Below, piece by piece: positions 30,526 to 41,584 of a stretch of 64,000 nt of DNA (position 1 is the stretch's first letter; each line of letters starts with the position of its first letter). The stretch is taken from assembly GCF_003334315.1 (NCBI RefSeq), contig NZ_QOWR01000009.1. One strand, written 5' to 3'. The notes below the pieces were generated by a model. The model was not told where the DNA came from and did not search any database. It saw only the letters and a program-made list of their open reading frames with translations. The translations under genes were made by a program, and so were the position numbers. The stretch comes from Escherichia coli (lineage in GTDB: Bacteria; Pseudomonadota; Gammaproteobacteria; Enterobacterales; Enterobacteriaceae).

Positions 30526-31613
30526 ATGTCACCGCAGAATAATCATCTGCAGCGTCCGCCTGCTGCTGTGTTATACGCCGATGAACTGGCAAAATTAAAA
30601 CAAAATGATAACGCACCTTGCCCGCCCGGTTGGCAGTTAAGTTTGCCTGCGGCCCGTGCTTTTATCCTTGGCGACGAAGCGCAAAATATCAGCCGTAAAG
30701 TGGTGATTAGCCCCTCCGCTGTCGAACGTATGTTAGTCACTCTTGCTACCGGCCGCGGTTTGATGTTGGTGGGGGAACCGGGTACCGCAAAATCTCTTCT
30801 TTCTGAATTACTGGCAACCGCTATTAGCGGCGATGCCGGGTTAACCATCCAGGGCGGGGCATCTACCACCGAAGATCAAATCAAGTATGGCTGGAACTAC
30901 GCCCTGCTTATCAATCATGGTCCGTCAACGGAAGCGCTGGTCCCTGCCCCGCTTTATCAGGGAATGCGCGACGGCAAAATCGTCCGTTTCGAAGAGATAA
31001 CGCGTACACCGCTGGAAGTGCAGGACTGTCTGTTAGGTATGCTTTCTGACAGGGTGATGACGGTGCCGGAACTCACTGGTGAAGCCAGTCAGCTCTATGC
31101 GCGAGAAGGCTTTAATATTATTGCCACTGCCAATACCCGCGATCGCGGCGTCAATGAAATGAGTGCTGCGCTAAAGCGTCGCTTCGATTTTGAAACGGTT
31201 TTTCCGATTATGGATTTCGCCCAGGAGTTGGAACTGGTCGCCAGTGCTTCGGCGCGTTTGCTGGCCCATAGCGGTATTCCGCATAAAGTGCCTGACGCGG
31301 TACTGGAATTACTGGTCCGCACCTTCCGCGATCTGCGTGCCAACGGCGAAAAGAAAACGTCAATGGATACACTGACAGCGATTATGTCCACCGCTGAAGC
31401 CGTGAACGTGCCCATGCTGTGGGCGTCCGCGCCTGGTTTTTAGCGAATCGCGCGGGGGAGCCTGCCGACCTGGTGGAATGTATTGCCGGAACCATCGTCA
31501 AAGATAACGAAGAAGATCGCGCGCGTCTGCGCCGTTACTTCGAACAGCGTGTCGCCACACATAAAGAAGCTCACTGGCAGGCTTATTATCAAGCCCGCCA
31601 CCGCCTGCCGTGA
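30526..31613 (+). pseudogene. yehL: MoxR-type AAA+ ATPase, reading frame broken by a frameshift near 31395-31443
   Basis: Walker A (VGEPGTAKS) lies in ORF 30460..31443. The C-terminal part continues in a different frame (ORF 31419..31613) and ends 10 nt before the yehM start. The span is 1088 nt against the 1089 nt expected for the 362 aa I recall for K-12 YehL. Confidence 0.65.
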
Positions 31614-31623
31614 GGAAAGATGC

Positions 31624-33903
31624 ATGAGCGAGCCGTTAATTGTCGGCATCCGGCATCATAGTCCGGCCTGCGCCCGGCTGGTGAAATCGTTAATCGAAAG
31701 CCAGCGGCCACGATACGTGTTGATTGAAGGCCCGGCTGATTTTAATGACCGGGTAGACGAACTGTTTTTAGCCCACCAGCTTCCGGTAGCTATTTACAGT
31801 TATTGCCAGTATCAGGACGGTGCAGCCCCCGGGCGTGGTGCCTGGACGCCATTTGCTGAATTTTCGCCGGAGTGGCAGGCGCTACAAGCCGCACGTCGCA
31901 TTCAGGCACAAACTTACTTCATCGATTTGCCTTGCTGGGCGCAGAGTGAAGAAGAGGACGATTCGCCTGATACGCAAGATGAAAGCCAGGCCTTACTGCT
32001 GCGTGCCACCCGCATGGATAACAGCGATACCCTGTGGGATCACTTGTTCGAAGATGAAAGCCAGCAAACTGCATTACCCTCTGCGCTGGCGCACTATTTT
32101 GCCCAACTGCGGGGCGACGCCTCCGGCGATGCGCTCAATCGTCAGCGCGAAGCCTTTATGGCCCGCTGGATTGGATGGGCGATGCAGCAAAATAATGGCG
32201 ACGTGTTAGTTGTCTGCGGTGGCTGGCACGCTCCGGCACTGGCAAAGATGTGGCGCGAATGCCCTCAGAAAATTAACAAGCCAGAATTGCCCTCGCTGGC
32301 AGATGCCGTTACAGGTTGTTATCTCACACCCTACAGTGAAAAGCGCCTTGATGTGCTGGCAGGATACCTTTCAGGAATGCCTGCCCCGGTATGGCAAAAC
32401 TGGTGCTGGCAGTGGGGCTTGCAGAAGGCCGGTGAACAACTGCTAAAAACTATCCTTACCCGTTTGCGCCAGCACAAATTGCCCGCTTCTACCGCGGATA
32501 TGGCTGCCGCTCATCTGCATGCGATGGCGCTGGCACAGTTGCGCGGTCATACACTACCGTTACGCACTGACTGGCTGGATGCCATAGCAGGCTCGCTGAT
32601 TAAAGAAGCCCTGAACGCGCCGTTGCCGTGGAGCTATCGCGGCGTTATTCATCCCGATACCGATCCGATTCTGCTAACGTTGATAGACACATTAGCGGGT
32701 GACGGATTCGGTAAACTTGCCCCTTCTACGCCACAACCGCCTCTGCCAAAAGATGTCACCTGCGAACTGGAACGTACCGCAATCTCCCTTCCGGCGGAGC
32801 TTACCTTAAATCGCTTTACCCCCGATGGGCTGGCGCAAAGTCAGGTGTTACATCGGCTGGCAATACTGGAGATCCCTGGGATTGTACGCCAGCAGGGAAG
32901 TACACTGACACTTGCAGGCAACGGTGAAGAACGCTGGAAATTAACCCGCCCGCTTAGCCAGCATGCGGCATTGATTGAGGCCGCCTGTTTTGGTGCCACA
33001 CTCTAGGAAGCCGCACGCAATAAATTAGAAGCCGATATGCTGGACGCGGGCGGAATCGGCAGTATCACCACATGTCTTAGCCAGGAGGCGTTAGCGGGTC
33101 TGGCGTCCTTCAGTCAACAATTACTGGAGCAACTCACACTATTAATCGCCCAGGAAAATCAATTTGCCGAAATGGGCCAGGCGCTGGAAGTGCTTTATGC
33201 CTTATGGCGGCTGGATGAAATTAGCGGTATGCAAGGCGCGCAGATATTACAAACGACGTTATGCGCGACTATCGATCGCACGCTGTGGCTGTGTGAATCT
33301 AACGGCAGACCGGATGAAAAGGAGTTTCACGCTCACCTGCATAGCTGGCAAGCGCTTTGCCATATTCTGCGCGATCTACATAGCGGCGTTAATTTACCCG
33401 GCGTTTCTCTTTCTGCGGCGGTAGCCTTACTGGAGCGACGCAGTCAGGCAATTCATGCCCCGGCGCTGGATCGCGGCGCGGCTCTTGGCGCACTAATGCG
33501 TCTGGAACATCCCAACGCCAGTGCCGAAGCGGCGCTGACGATGCTGGCGCAGTTATCCCCGGCACAATCTGGTGAGGCGCTGCACGGTTTGCTGGCGCTG
33601 GCCCGCCATCAACTGGCCTGTCAGCCGGCATTTATCGCCGGTTTCAGCAGTCATTTAAATCAACTGAGTGAAGCCGATTTTATTAACGCCCTGCCCGATT
33701 TACGCGCGGCGATGGCCTGGCTACCACCACGAGAACGCGGGACGCTGGCGCATCAGGTGCTTGAGCATTATCAACTGGCGCAACTTCCCGTTTCGGCGCT
33801 GCAAATGCCGTTGCATTGTCCACCACAGGCCATTGCACATCATCAACAACTCGAACAGCAGGCACTGGCATCGCTGCAAAACTGGGGAGTTTTCCATGTC
33901 TGA
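31624..33903 (+). pseudogene. yehM: Large uncharacterised protein interrupted by an in-frame TAG at 33004-33006
   Basis: ORF 31483..33006 and ORF 33037..33903 are in the same frame, separated only by one amber codon. The total span is 2280 nt, exactly 759 codons plus stop. GAGGAAA ribosome-binding site before the ATG at 31624. Confidence 0.65.
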
Positions 33904-35032
33904 ACTGAACGATCTTCTGACCACCCGTGAGCTACAACGCTGGCGATTAATTCTTGGCGAAGCGGCAGAAACGACGCTTTGTGGGCTGGATGACAACGCC
34001 CGGCAGATAGACCACGCGCTGGAGTGGCTGTATGGGCGCGATCCTGAACGGCTCCAGCGTGGTGAACGTTCCGGTGGATTAGGTGGCTCAAATCTCACCA
34101 CCCCTGAGTGGATCAACAGTATTCACACGCTGTTTCCGCAGCAGGTGATTGAGCGGCTGGAAAGCGATGCCGTGCTGCGCTACGGCATTGAAGATGTGGT
34201 GACGAATCTCGACGTGCTGGAACGTATGCAGCCTTCTGAAAGCCTGCTACGCGCTGTTTTGCACACCAAACATCTGATGAACCCCGAAGTACTGGCTGCC
34301 GCCCGCCGGATAGTGTGCCAGGTTGTTGAAGAAATTATGGCTCGACTGGCAAAGGAAGTTCGTCAGGCTTTTTCTGGTGTCCGCGATCGCCGTCGCCGTT
34401 CATTTATTCCACTGGCGCGAAACTTTGATTTCAAAAGTACTCTGCGCGCCAACCTGCAACACTGGCACCCGCAACACGGCAAGTTGTATATCGAATCCCC
34501 CCGCTTTAACAGCCGCATTAAACGCCAAAGCGAACAATGGCAACTGGTCTTACTGGTTGATCAAAGCGGATCGATGGTCGATTCGGTGATCCACTCTGCG
34601 GTGATGGCGGCCTGTTTGTGGCAGTTACCCGGCATTCGTACCCATCTGGTGGCGTTTGACACAAGCGTCGTTGATCTCACGGCAGACGTTGCCGATCCGG
34701 TAGAGTTATTAATGAAAGTACAGTTGGGCGGCGGGACCAATATCGCCAGTGCCGTGGAGTATGGTCGGCAACTTATTGAACAACCAGCGAAAAGCGTCAT
34801 TATCCTCGTGAGCGATTTTTACGAAGGGGGTTCATCATCATTACTGACGCATCAGGTGAAAAAGTGTGTCCAGAGCGGCATCAAAGTGCTGGGACTGGCA
34901 GCGCTCGATAGCACCGCAACACCTTGCTATGACCGCGATACGGCCCAGGCGCTGGTTAATGTCGGCGCACAAATAGCCGCCATGACGCCGGGCGAGCTGG
35001 CATCATGGCTTGCGGAGAATCTTCAGTCATGA
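33896..35032 (+). CDS. yehP: von Willebrand factor A (VWA) domain protein with a MIDAS motif
   Basis: 378 aa from MSELNDLL; the MIDAS motif D-x-S-x-S (DQSGSM) is present; 8-nt overlap with the yehM stop. Confidence 0.85.
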   Translation: MSELNDLLTTRELQRWRLILGEAAETTLCGLDDNARQIDHALEWLYGRDPERLQRGERSGGLGGSNLTTPEWINSIHTLFPQQVIERLESDAVLRYGIEDVVTNLDVLERMQPSESLLRAVLHTKHLMNPEVLAAARRIVCQVVEEIMARLAKEVRQAFSGVRDRRRRSFIPLARNFDFKSTLRANLQHWHPQHGKLYIESPRFNSRIKRQSEQWQLVLLVDQSGSMVDSVIHSAVMAACLWQLPGIRTHLVAFDTSVVDLTADVADPVELLMKVQLGGGTNIASAVEYGRQLIEQPAKSVIILVSDFYEGGSSSLLTHQVKKCVQSGIKVLGLAALDSTATPCYDRDTAQALVNVGAQIAAMTPGELASWLAENLQS

Positions 35033-37029
35033 ATTCACTACGTCCGGAATTATTAGAACTGACACCGCAGGCCCTGACGGCGTTAAGCAATGCCGGTTTT
35101 GTTAAGCGCAGTCTTAAGGAACTGGAAAATGGCAACGTCCCGGAGATCAGCCATGAGAACGACGCTTTAATCGCCACCTTCAGTGACGGTGTCCGTACCC
35201 AGCTGGCGAACGGCCAGGCACTGAAAGAGGCTCAGTGCAGTTGCGGGGCCAACGGTATGTGCCGTCATCGCGTGATGCTGGTGTTAAGTTATCAACGACT
35301 TTGTGCCACCACTCAGTCTACGGAAAAAGAAGAAGAGTGGGATCCGGCAATCTGGCTGGAAGAACTGGCTACCCTTCCCGATGCTACCCGCAAACGCGCA
35401 CAGGCGCTGGTCGCTAAAGGCATCACCATTGAGTTGTTCTGTGCGCCGGGTGAAATTCCCTCTGCCCGCTTACCGATGAGCGATGTGCGTTTTTATTCCC
35501 GCAGCAGTATTCGTTTCGCCCGTTGTGATTGTATTGAAGGCACACTTTGCGAACATGTCGTACTGGCGGTACAGGCCTTCGTCGAGGCCAAAGCGCAGCA
35601 AGCAGAATTTAACCATTTAATCTGGCAGATGCGCAGCGAACACGTCACATCATCTGACGATCCGTTTGCCAGCGAAGAAGGCAACGCGTGTCGTCAATAT
35701 GTTCAGCAATTAAGCCAGACATTATGGCTTGGCGGCATCAGCCAGCCGCTCATCCATTACGAGGCAGCATTCAACCGCGCATTGCAGGCGGCAGAGACCT
35801 GCAACTGGCGCTGGGTGAGTGAATCGCTACGGCAACTGCGCGCCAGCGTTGATGCCTTCCACGCCCGCGCCAGCCACTATAATGCCGGAGAATGCTTACA
35901 TCAGCTTGCGGCATTAAACAGTCGATTAAATTGCGCACAAGAGATGGCCCGGCGCGACAGTATTGGTGAAGTTCCTCCTGTGCCGTGGCGCACGGTCGTT
36001 GGCTCTGGCATTGCCGGAGAAGCAAAGCTTGATCATCTGCGGCTGGTGTCTTTAGGTATGCGTTGCTGGCAGGATATTGAGCATTATGGTTTACGCATCT
36101 GGTTTACCGATCCCGACACCGGCAGTATTTTGCACCTTTCGCGCAGTTGGCCGCGAAGTGAACAGGAAAACTCACCGGCAGCTACGCGTCGGCTGTTTAG
36201 TTTTCAGGCTGGCGCACTGGCGGGCGGGCAAATTGTTTCACAAGCAGCAAAACGCAGTGCCGATGGCGAGCTGCTGTTAGCTACCCGCAACCGCTTAAGC
36301 AGCGTTGTGCCGCTGTCGCCTGATGCCTGGCAAATGTTGAGCGCGCCGTTACGCCAGCCGGGCATTGTGGCTTTGCGGGAATATTTACGCCAGCGTCCCC
36401 CCGCCTGCATACGGCCTCTTAATCAGGTCGATAACTTATTTATTCTGCCGGTCGCTGAGTGTATTTCGCTCGGTTGGGACAGCAGCCGCCAGACGCTGGA
36501 TGCGCAGGTCATTAGCGGCGAAGGGGAAGATAATGTGCTGACGTTATCATTACCAGCCTCAGCCAGCGCACCTTATGCCGTTGAACGCATGGCGGTGCTT
36601 TTGCAACAAACAGACGACCCCGTGTGTCTGGTTTCTGGCTTTGTCAGTTTTGTTGAAGGGCAATTGACACTGGAACCACGGGTGATGATGACAAAAACCC
36701 GTGCCTGGGCGCTGGACGCAGAAACTACGCCTGTGGCACCGCTACCTTCTGCCAGCGTTTTGCCTGTGCCGTCTACTGCTCATCAGTTGCTGATACGCTG
36801 CCAGGCGTTACTTATTCAACTGCTCCATAACGGCTGGCGCTATCAGGAACAGAGTGCTATTGGTCAGGCAGAGTTGCTGGCGAATGACCTCACCGCGGTG
36901 GGTTTTTATCGGCTGGCACATGTGTTGGGACAATTTCGTAATACAGAAAGCGAGGCACGGGTAGAAGCAATGAATAACGGTGTTTTGCTTTGCGAACAAT
37001 TATTCCCCATGCTTCAGCAACAAGGATGA
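35029..37029 (+). CDS. yehQ: SWIM zinc-finger domain protein
   Basis: Two C-x-C-x(n)-C-x-H motifs (CSCGANGMCRH and CDCIEGTLCEH). ATGA start/stop overlap with yehP. Length from this start is about 666 aa. Confidence 0.8.
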   Translation: MNSLRPELLELTPQALTALSNAGFVKRSLKELENGNVPEISHENDALIATFSDGVRTQLANGQALKEAQCSCGANGMCRHRVMLVLSYQRLCATTQSTEKEEEWDPAIWLEELATLPDATRKRAQALVAKGITIELFCAPGEIPSARLPMSDVRFYSRSSIRFARCDCIEGTLCEHVVLAVQAFVEAKAQQAEFNHLIWQMRSEHVTSSDDPFASEEGNACRQYVQQLSQTLWLGGISQPLIHYEAAFNRALQAAETCNWRWVSESLRQLRASVDAFHARASHYNAGECLHQLAALNSRLNCAQEMARRDSIGEVPPVPWRTVVGSGIAGEAKLDHLRLVSLGMRCWQDIEHYGLRIWFTDPDTGSILHLSRSWPRSEQENSPAATRRLFSFQAGALAGGQIVSQAAKRSADGELLLATRNRLSSVVPLSPDAWQMLSAPLRQPGIVALREYLRQRPPACIRPLNQVDNLFILPVAECISLGWDSSRQTLDAQVISGEGEDNVLTLSLPASASAPYAVERMAVLLQQTDDPVCLVSGFVSFVEGQLTLEPRVMMTKTRAWALDAETTPVAPLPSASVLPVPSTAHQLLIRCQALLIQLLHNGWRYQEQSAIGQAELLANDLTAVGFYRLAHVLGQFRNTESEARVEAMNNGVLLCEQLFPMLQQQG

Positions 37030-37153
37030 AATAGTGCTTTTTACTAAGAGTTCTACTCCAGTTCCGGACTGCTCACGCCACGGTATTAGGCATATCCTAT
37101 ATAGCCCCTGGTGAGAGTCACCAGTTCCTTGATTAAATAAAATGGAGTTTTAC

Positions 37154-37615
37154 ATGAAGGCTTTCAATAAGCTGTTTTCCCTCGTTGTTGCATCTGTTCT
37201 GGTTTTCTCTCTTGCTGGCTGCGGTGACAAAGAAGAATCGAAGAAATTCAGCGCCAATCTGAACGGCACTGAAATTGCCATTACCTATGTCTACAAAGGT
37301 GACAAGGTGCTTAAGCAATCTTCTGAAACCAAAATTCAATTTGCCTCCATTGGTGCAACCACCAAAGAAGATGCTGCCAAGACACTTGAGCCGTTAAGCG
37401 CCAAATACAAAAACATCGCGGGTGTTGAAGAAAAATTAACCTATACCGATACCTACGCGCAGGAAAACGTGACTATCGATATGGAAAAAGTGGATTTTAA
37501 AGCCCTGCAGGGTATTTCAGGAATCAACGTTTCTGCTGAAGATGCCAAAAAAGGTATCACTATGGCGCAAATGGAACTGGTGATGAAAGCCGCTGGTTTT
37601 AAAGAAGTGAAATAA
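37154..37615 (+). CDS. yehR: Lipoprotein (DUF1307 family)
   Basis: 153 aa; lipobox LAGC after the signal peptide. Confidence 0.85.
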   Translation: MKAFNKLFSLVVASVLVFSLAGCGDKEESKKFSANLNGTEIAITYVYKGDKVLKQSSETKIQFASIGATTKEDAAKTLEPLSAKYKNIAGVEEKLTYTDTYAQENVTIDMEKVDFKALQGISGINVSAEDAKKGITMAQMELVMKAAGFKEVK

Positions 37616-37620
37616 TCGGT

Positions 37621-37656
37621 TGGCGGTCATGCTCTAAACATGACCGCCAATTTTTT
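37621..37656. terminator. Bidirectional intrinsic terminator between yehR and yehS
   Basis: 11-bp stem TGGCGGTCATG/CATGACCGCCA with a 7-nt loop, followed by TTTTTT. Confidence 0.6.
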
Positions 37657-38125
37657 AGCCTTTTTTCACATGCTGGCGCGCTGCCAGTCCACGCAGAAAA
37701 TAACGTAAAAATTGATCGCCGCATTCGCGGAAGTTTTTATGATCCGGTGCGCGCATCATCGCTGTAATTTCCGGCATCGAAACGCGGAACTGCTGTTCGG
37801 TGAGGATAGCCAGAATGTCATCGGTTTTCAGCGAAAACGCGATGCGTAATTTTTTCAGCACGATGTTGTTATTAATGCGACGTTCCGGCTCCAGTGCCGG
37901 AGCAGACTCATCCTTGCCGCGTTTTTCATAAATCAGGCCATTGAGGAATGACGACAAAACAATGTCCGGACAACGCTGAAAACCCTCTTCGTCTTCTTTA
38001 CGTAGCCAGACGGCGATCTGTTCCGCGGTGGCTTCGACATTACCCAGCGCCAGAATACGCACCAGGTCATTATTATTGGCTTTCAAAATGTAGCGCACGC
38101 TGCGCAGAATATCGTTACTTAGCAT
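37655..38125 (-). CDS. yehS: DUF1456-family protein
   Basis: 156 aa from the internal ATG (MLSNDILRS...). Confidence 0.8.
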   Translation of the reverse strand: MLSNDILRSVRYILKANNNDLVRILALGNVEATAEQIAVWLRKEDEEGFQRCPDIVLSSFLNGLIYEKRGKDESAPALEPERRINNNIVLKKLRIAFSLKTDDILAILTEQQFRVSMPEITAMMRAPDHKNFRECGDQFLRYFLRGLAARQHVKKG

Positions 38126-38171
38126 GAGGCCTTCAGGTGTTGATGAGGCAAAAAGCCATTTTAGCAGTCTT

Positions 38172-38891
38172 TTACAGGCCAATCGCCTCTTTTAAGCTTT
38201 TCAGATAACGGCGGCTGACCGGCACGGTTAAGCCATTACGCAAAATCAACTCGGCCTGGCCGTTATCTTCCAGACGAATCTCCTGTAAATGCGCGAGGTT
38301 AACCAGATACTGACGATGGCAGCGCAGTAGTGGTGTACGACTTTCCAGGGTACGTAATGTCAATTCGGTAAAGCCCTCTTTCCCTTCGTGGCTGGTAACG
38401 TAGACACCGCTCATCCGACTGCTGACAAATGCCACATCTTTCATTTGCAGCAAATAAATCCGACTATGCCCCGTACAAGGGATAAATTTCAGCGCCTGTT
38501 GATTTTCCGGTAACAGCGAAACATCCTGCTTGCTGCGCTCCTGACGCAATCGCGCCAGCGTTTTCTCCAGTCGCGCTTCATCAATTGGCTTCAGCAGATA
38601 ATCAAAGGCATGTTCTTCAAAGGCTTTAATTGCGTATTCGTCAAACGCAGTGAGAAAAACAATATACGGGCGATGTTCCGGGTCAAGCATCCCCACCATT
38701 TCCAGACCACTGATGCGCGGCATCTGGATATCGAGAAACAGCACATCCGGGCGCAGTTTATGCACCGCGCCGATCCCTTCCACGGCGTTTGAACACTCTC
38801 CAACGATTTCAATATCGCTCTGCTCCTGCAAAAATACACGCAGGTTCTCCCGTGCTAACGGTTCATCATCGACAATTAAGACTTTAATCAT
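38172..38891 (-). CDS. btsR: LytTR-family two-component response regulator
   Basis: 239 aa from [16 protein letters not shown]; receiver domain plus LytTR DNA-binding domain. Confidence 0.9.
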
Positions 38892-40573
38892 GCCTCGTCC
38901 CTCCATGGTAGTCGTAACGTTATTCGGGTGTAACTATCAGGCTCACAGGCGACGCTTATTCCATAGTCATCGCCAAACCGTTCACGTAAACGCTTATCCA
39001 CCAGATTCATCCCCAGCCCACTGGCATTGGTTACCGGTTGATACAAACCGGCATTGTCTTCGATCTCCAGCATCAAATGTTGCCCCTCACGTCGGGCGCT
39101 GATTGCCACTCGCCCTGTATCCAGCAGTTGTGATGTCCCATGTTTAATGGCGTTTTCCACTATCGGTTGCAGGGTAAACGCGGGCAATTGCTGCTGGGAT
39201 AATTCTTGCGGAATAGCAATGTTGACCTGCAACCGCGACTGGAAGCGCGCCTTTTCAATTTGCAGATAAGCATTCACATGTTCAATTTCGTCGGCGAGAG
39301 TAACAAACTCCGAAGGCCGCTTTAAGTTTTTGCGGAAAAAAGTGGAAAGATACTGCACCAGCTGGCTGGCCTGTTCGCTGTCGCGGCGGATCACCGCTTT
39401 AATGGTGTTAAGCGCATTAAACAAAAAATGGGGATTCACCTGGGCGTGAAGCAGTTTGATCTCTGACTGGGTGAGCATCGCTTTTTGCCGCTCATATTGC
39501 CCGGCAAGGATCTGCGCCGAAAGCAATTGCGCAATCCCCTCACCCAACGTGCGGTTGATTGAACTGAATAAACGGTTTTTGGCTTCATACAATTTGATGG
39601 TGCCCATCACCCGCTGATTTTCACCACGCAACGGAATTACCAGCGTCGACCCCAGTTTGCATTGCGGATGCAAAGAGCAACGGTAAGGTACTTCGTTGCC
39701 ATCAGCGTAGACCACTTCACCGGTTTCAATCGCTTTTAAAGTATAAGTTGAAGAAATCGGTTTGCCGGGTAAATGGTGGTCGTCACCAATTCCGGTAAAG
39801 GCCAGCAATTTCTCTCGATCGGTAATCGCGACTGCACCAATATCCAGTTCCTGATACAGCACCTGAGCCACTTTCATGCTGTTCACTTCGTTAAACCCCT
39901 GGCGCAAAATGCCTTCCGTCGAGGCTGCCACTTTCAGCGCAGTGGCAGAAAAAGCCGAAGTGTATTTTTCAAACATCGCGCGTTTATCGAGCAATATACG
40001 CATAAACAGCGCCGCGCCGACGGTATTGGTGACCATCATTGGCGCAGCAATATTACTCACCAGACGCACCGCATCTTCATAAGGTCGGGCGATCGCAAGG
40101 ATGATCAGCATTTGCACCATTTCAGCGACGAACGTGACGGCACCGGCGGTAATGGGGTTAAAGACTTTATCAGTGCGCCCGCGGCGGATCAGGATGCTGT
40201 GTACCAGGCCACCGAGTAATCCTTCAACGATGGTCGAGATCATGCAACTTAACGCGGTCATGCCCCCCATCGAATATCGATGTAAGCCGCCGGTCAGCCC
40301 AACCAGCCCACCGACGACCGGACCGCCGAGTAAGCCGCCCATTACCGCGCCTATCGCACGGGTATTGGCAATAGAATCGTCAATGTGCAACCCAAACCAG
40401 GTGCCCATGATGCAGAAGATGGAAAAGACGATGTAGCAGAGAAATTTATGCGGCAGACGAACCGTGACCTGCATTAACGGTATGAATAATGGCGTTTTAC
40501 TCATTAACCATGCAATGACTAAAAAAACGCACATCTGCTGAAGCAGCAGCAACACCAGATTAAAATCGTACAT
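38888..40573 (-). CDS. btsS: Sensor histidine kinase (LytS family; 5TM-Lyt, GAF, His-kinase domains)
   Basis: 561 aa from MYDFNLV; stop overlaps the btsR start. Confidence 0.9.
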
Positions 40574-40794
40574 ACCCGCAAACCACACTTCCCTTTAAAA
40601 CGCGTAACATACATTGCCTGCGTTTAACTTTCTTTGAACTCTTGCAGAAAAATGAGAATTCGTGAGTACGATCACTCAAAATCGCCTGGCAAAAATAAAA
40701 TCACCCTATAGATGCACAAAAAACGGGCAAAACTACCTGGTTCGCAAAACTGCGTCTAAAGTTAAACCGGGACCTCGCGAGCAAGGGTGAGACG

Positions 40795-41526
40795 ATGGCG
40801 CTTTACACAATTGGTGAAGTGGCGTTGCTTTGTGATATTAATCCTGTCACGTTACGCGCGTGGCAGAGGCGTTACGGATTGCTGAAACCGCAACGGACAG
40901 ACGGCGGTCATCGGCTGTTCAACGATGCCGATATTGACCGGATCCGCGAGATCAAACGCTGGATCGACAACGGCGTGCAGGTCAGCAAAGTTAAAATGCT
41001 GCTCAGTAATGAAAATGTTGATGTGCAGAACGGCTGGCGCGATCAGCAAGAAACATTACTGACTTACCTGCAAAGCGGCAATCTACATAGCCTGCGAACG
41101 TGGATCAAAGAGCGCGGTCAGGATTACCCCGCCCAGACACTCACCACACATCTGTTTATTCCTCTGCGCCGACGGCTTCAGTGCCAACAACCGACTCTCC
41201 AGGCGCTGCTGGCGATCCTCGACGGCGTACTGATCAACTACATCGCCATTTGTCTGGCTTCGGCACGTAAAAAACAGGGTAAAGATGCGCTGGTGGTTGG
41301 CTGGAATATTCAGGATACCACCCGTCTGTGGCTGGAGGGCTGGATTGCCAGTCAACAAGGATGGCGCATTGATGTCCTCGCCCACTCGCTCAATCAACTA
41401 CGCCCTGAACTATTCGAAGGCCGTACATTGCTGGTGTGGTGCGGTGAAAATCGAACCTCCGCCCAACAGCAGCAACTCACCAGTTGGCAAGAACAAGGCC
41501 ATGATATTTTCCCACTCGGCATTTAA
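40795..41526 (+). CDS. mlrA: MerR-family transcriptional regulator (activator of csgD)
   Basis: 243 aa; N-terminal MerR helix-turn-helix (YTIGEVALLCDINPVTLRAWQRRYGLL). Confidence 0.9.
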   Translation: MALYTIGEVALLCDINPVTLRAWQRRYGLLKPQRTDGGHRLFNDADIDRIREIKRWIDNGVQVSKVKMLLSNENVDVQNGWRDQQETLLTYLQSGNLHSLRTWIKERGQDYPAQTLTTHLFIPLRRRLQCQQPTLQALLAILDGVLINYIAICLASARKKQGKDALVVGWNIQDTTRLWLEGWIASQQGWRIDVLAHSLNQLRPELFEGRTLLVWCGENRTSAQQQQLTSWQEQGHDIFPLGI

Positions 41527-41584
41527 TGATTCGTTAACAAATGCGCTTTACTGTACAATCCTTTCGTTAACATAAGGAGTGCAT

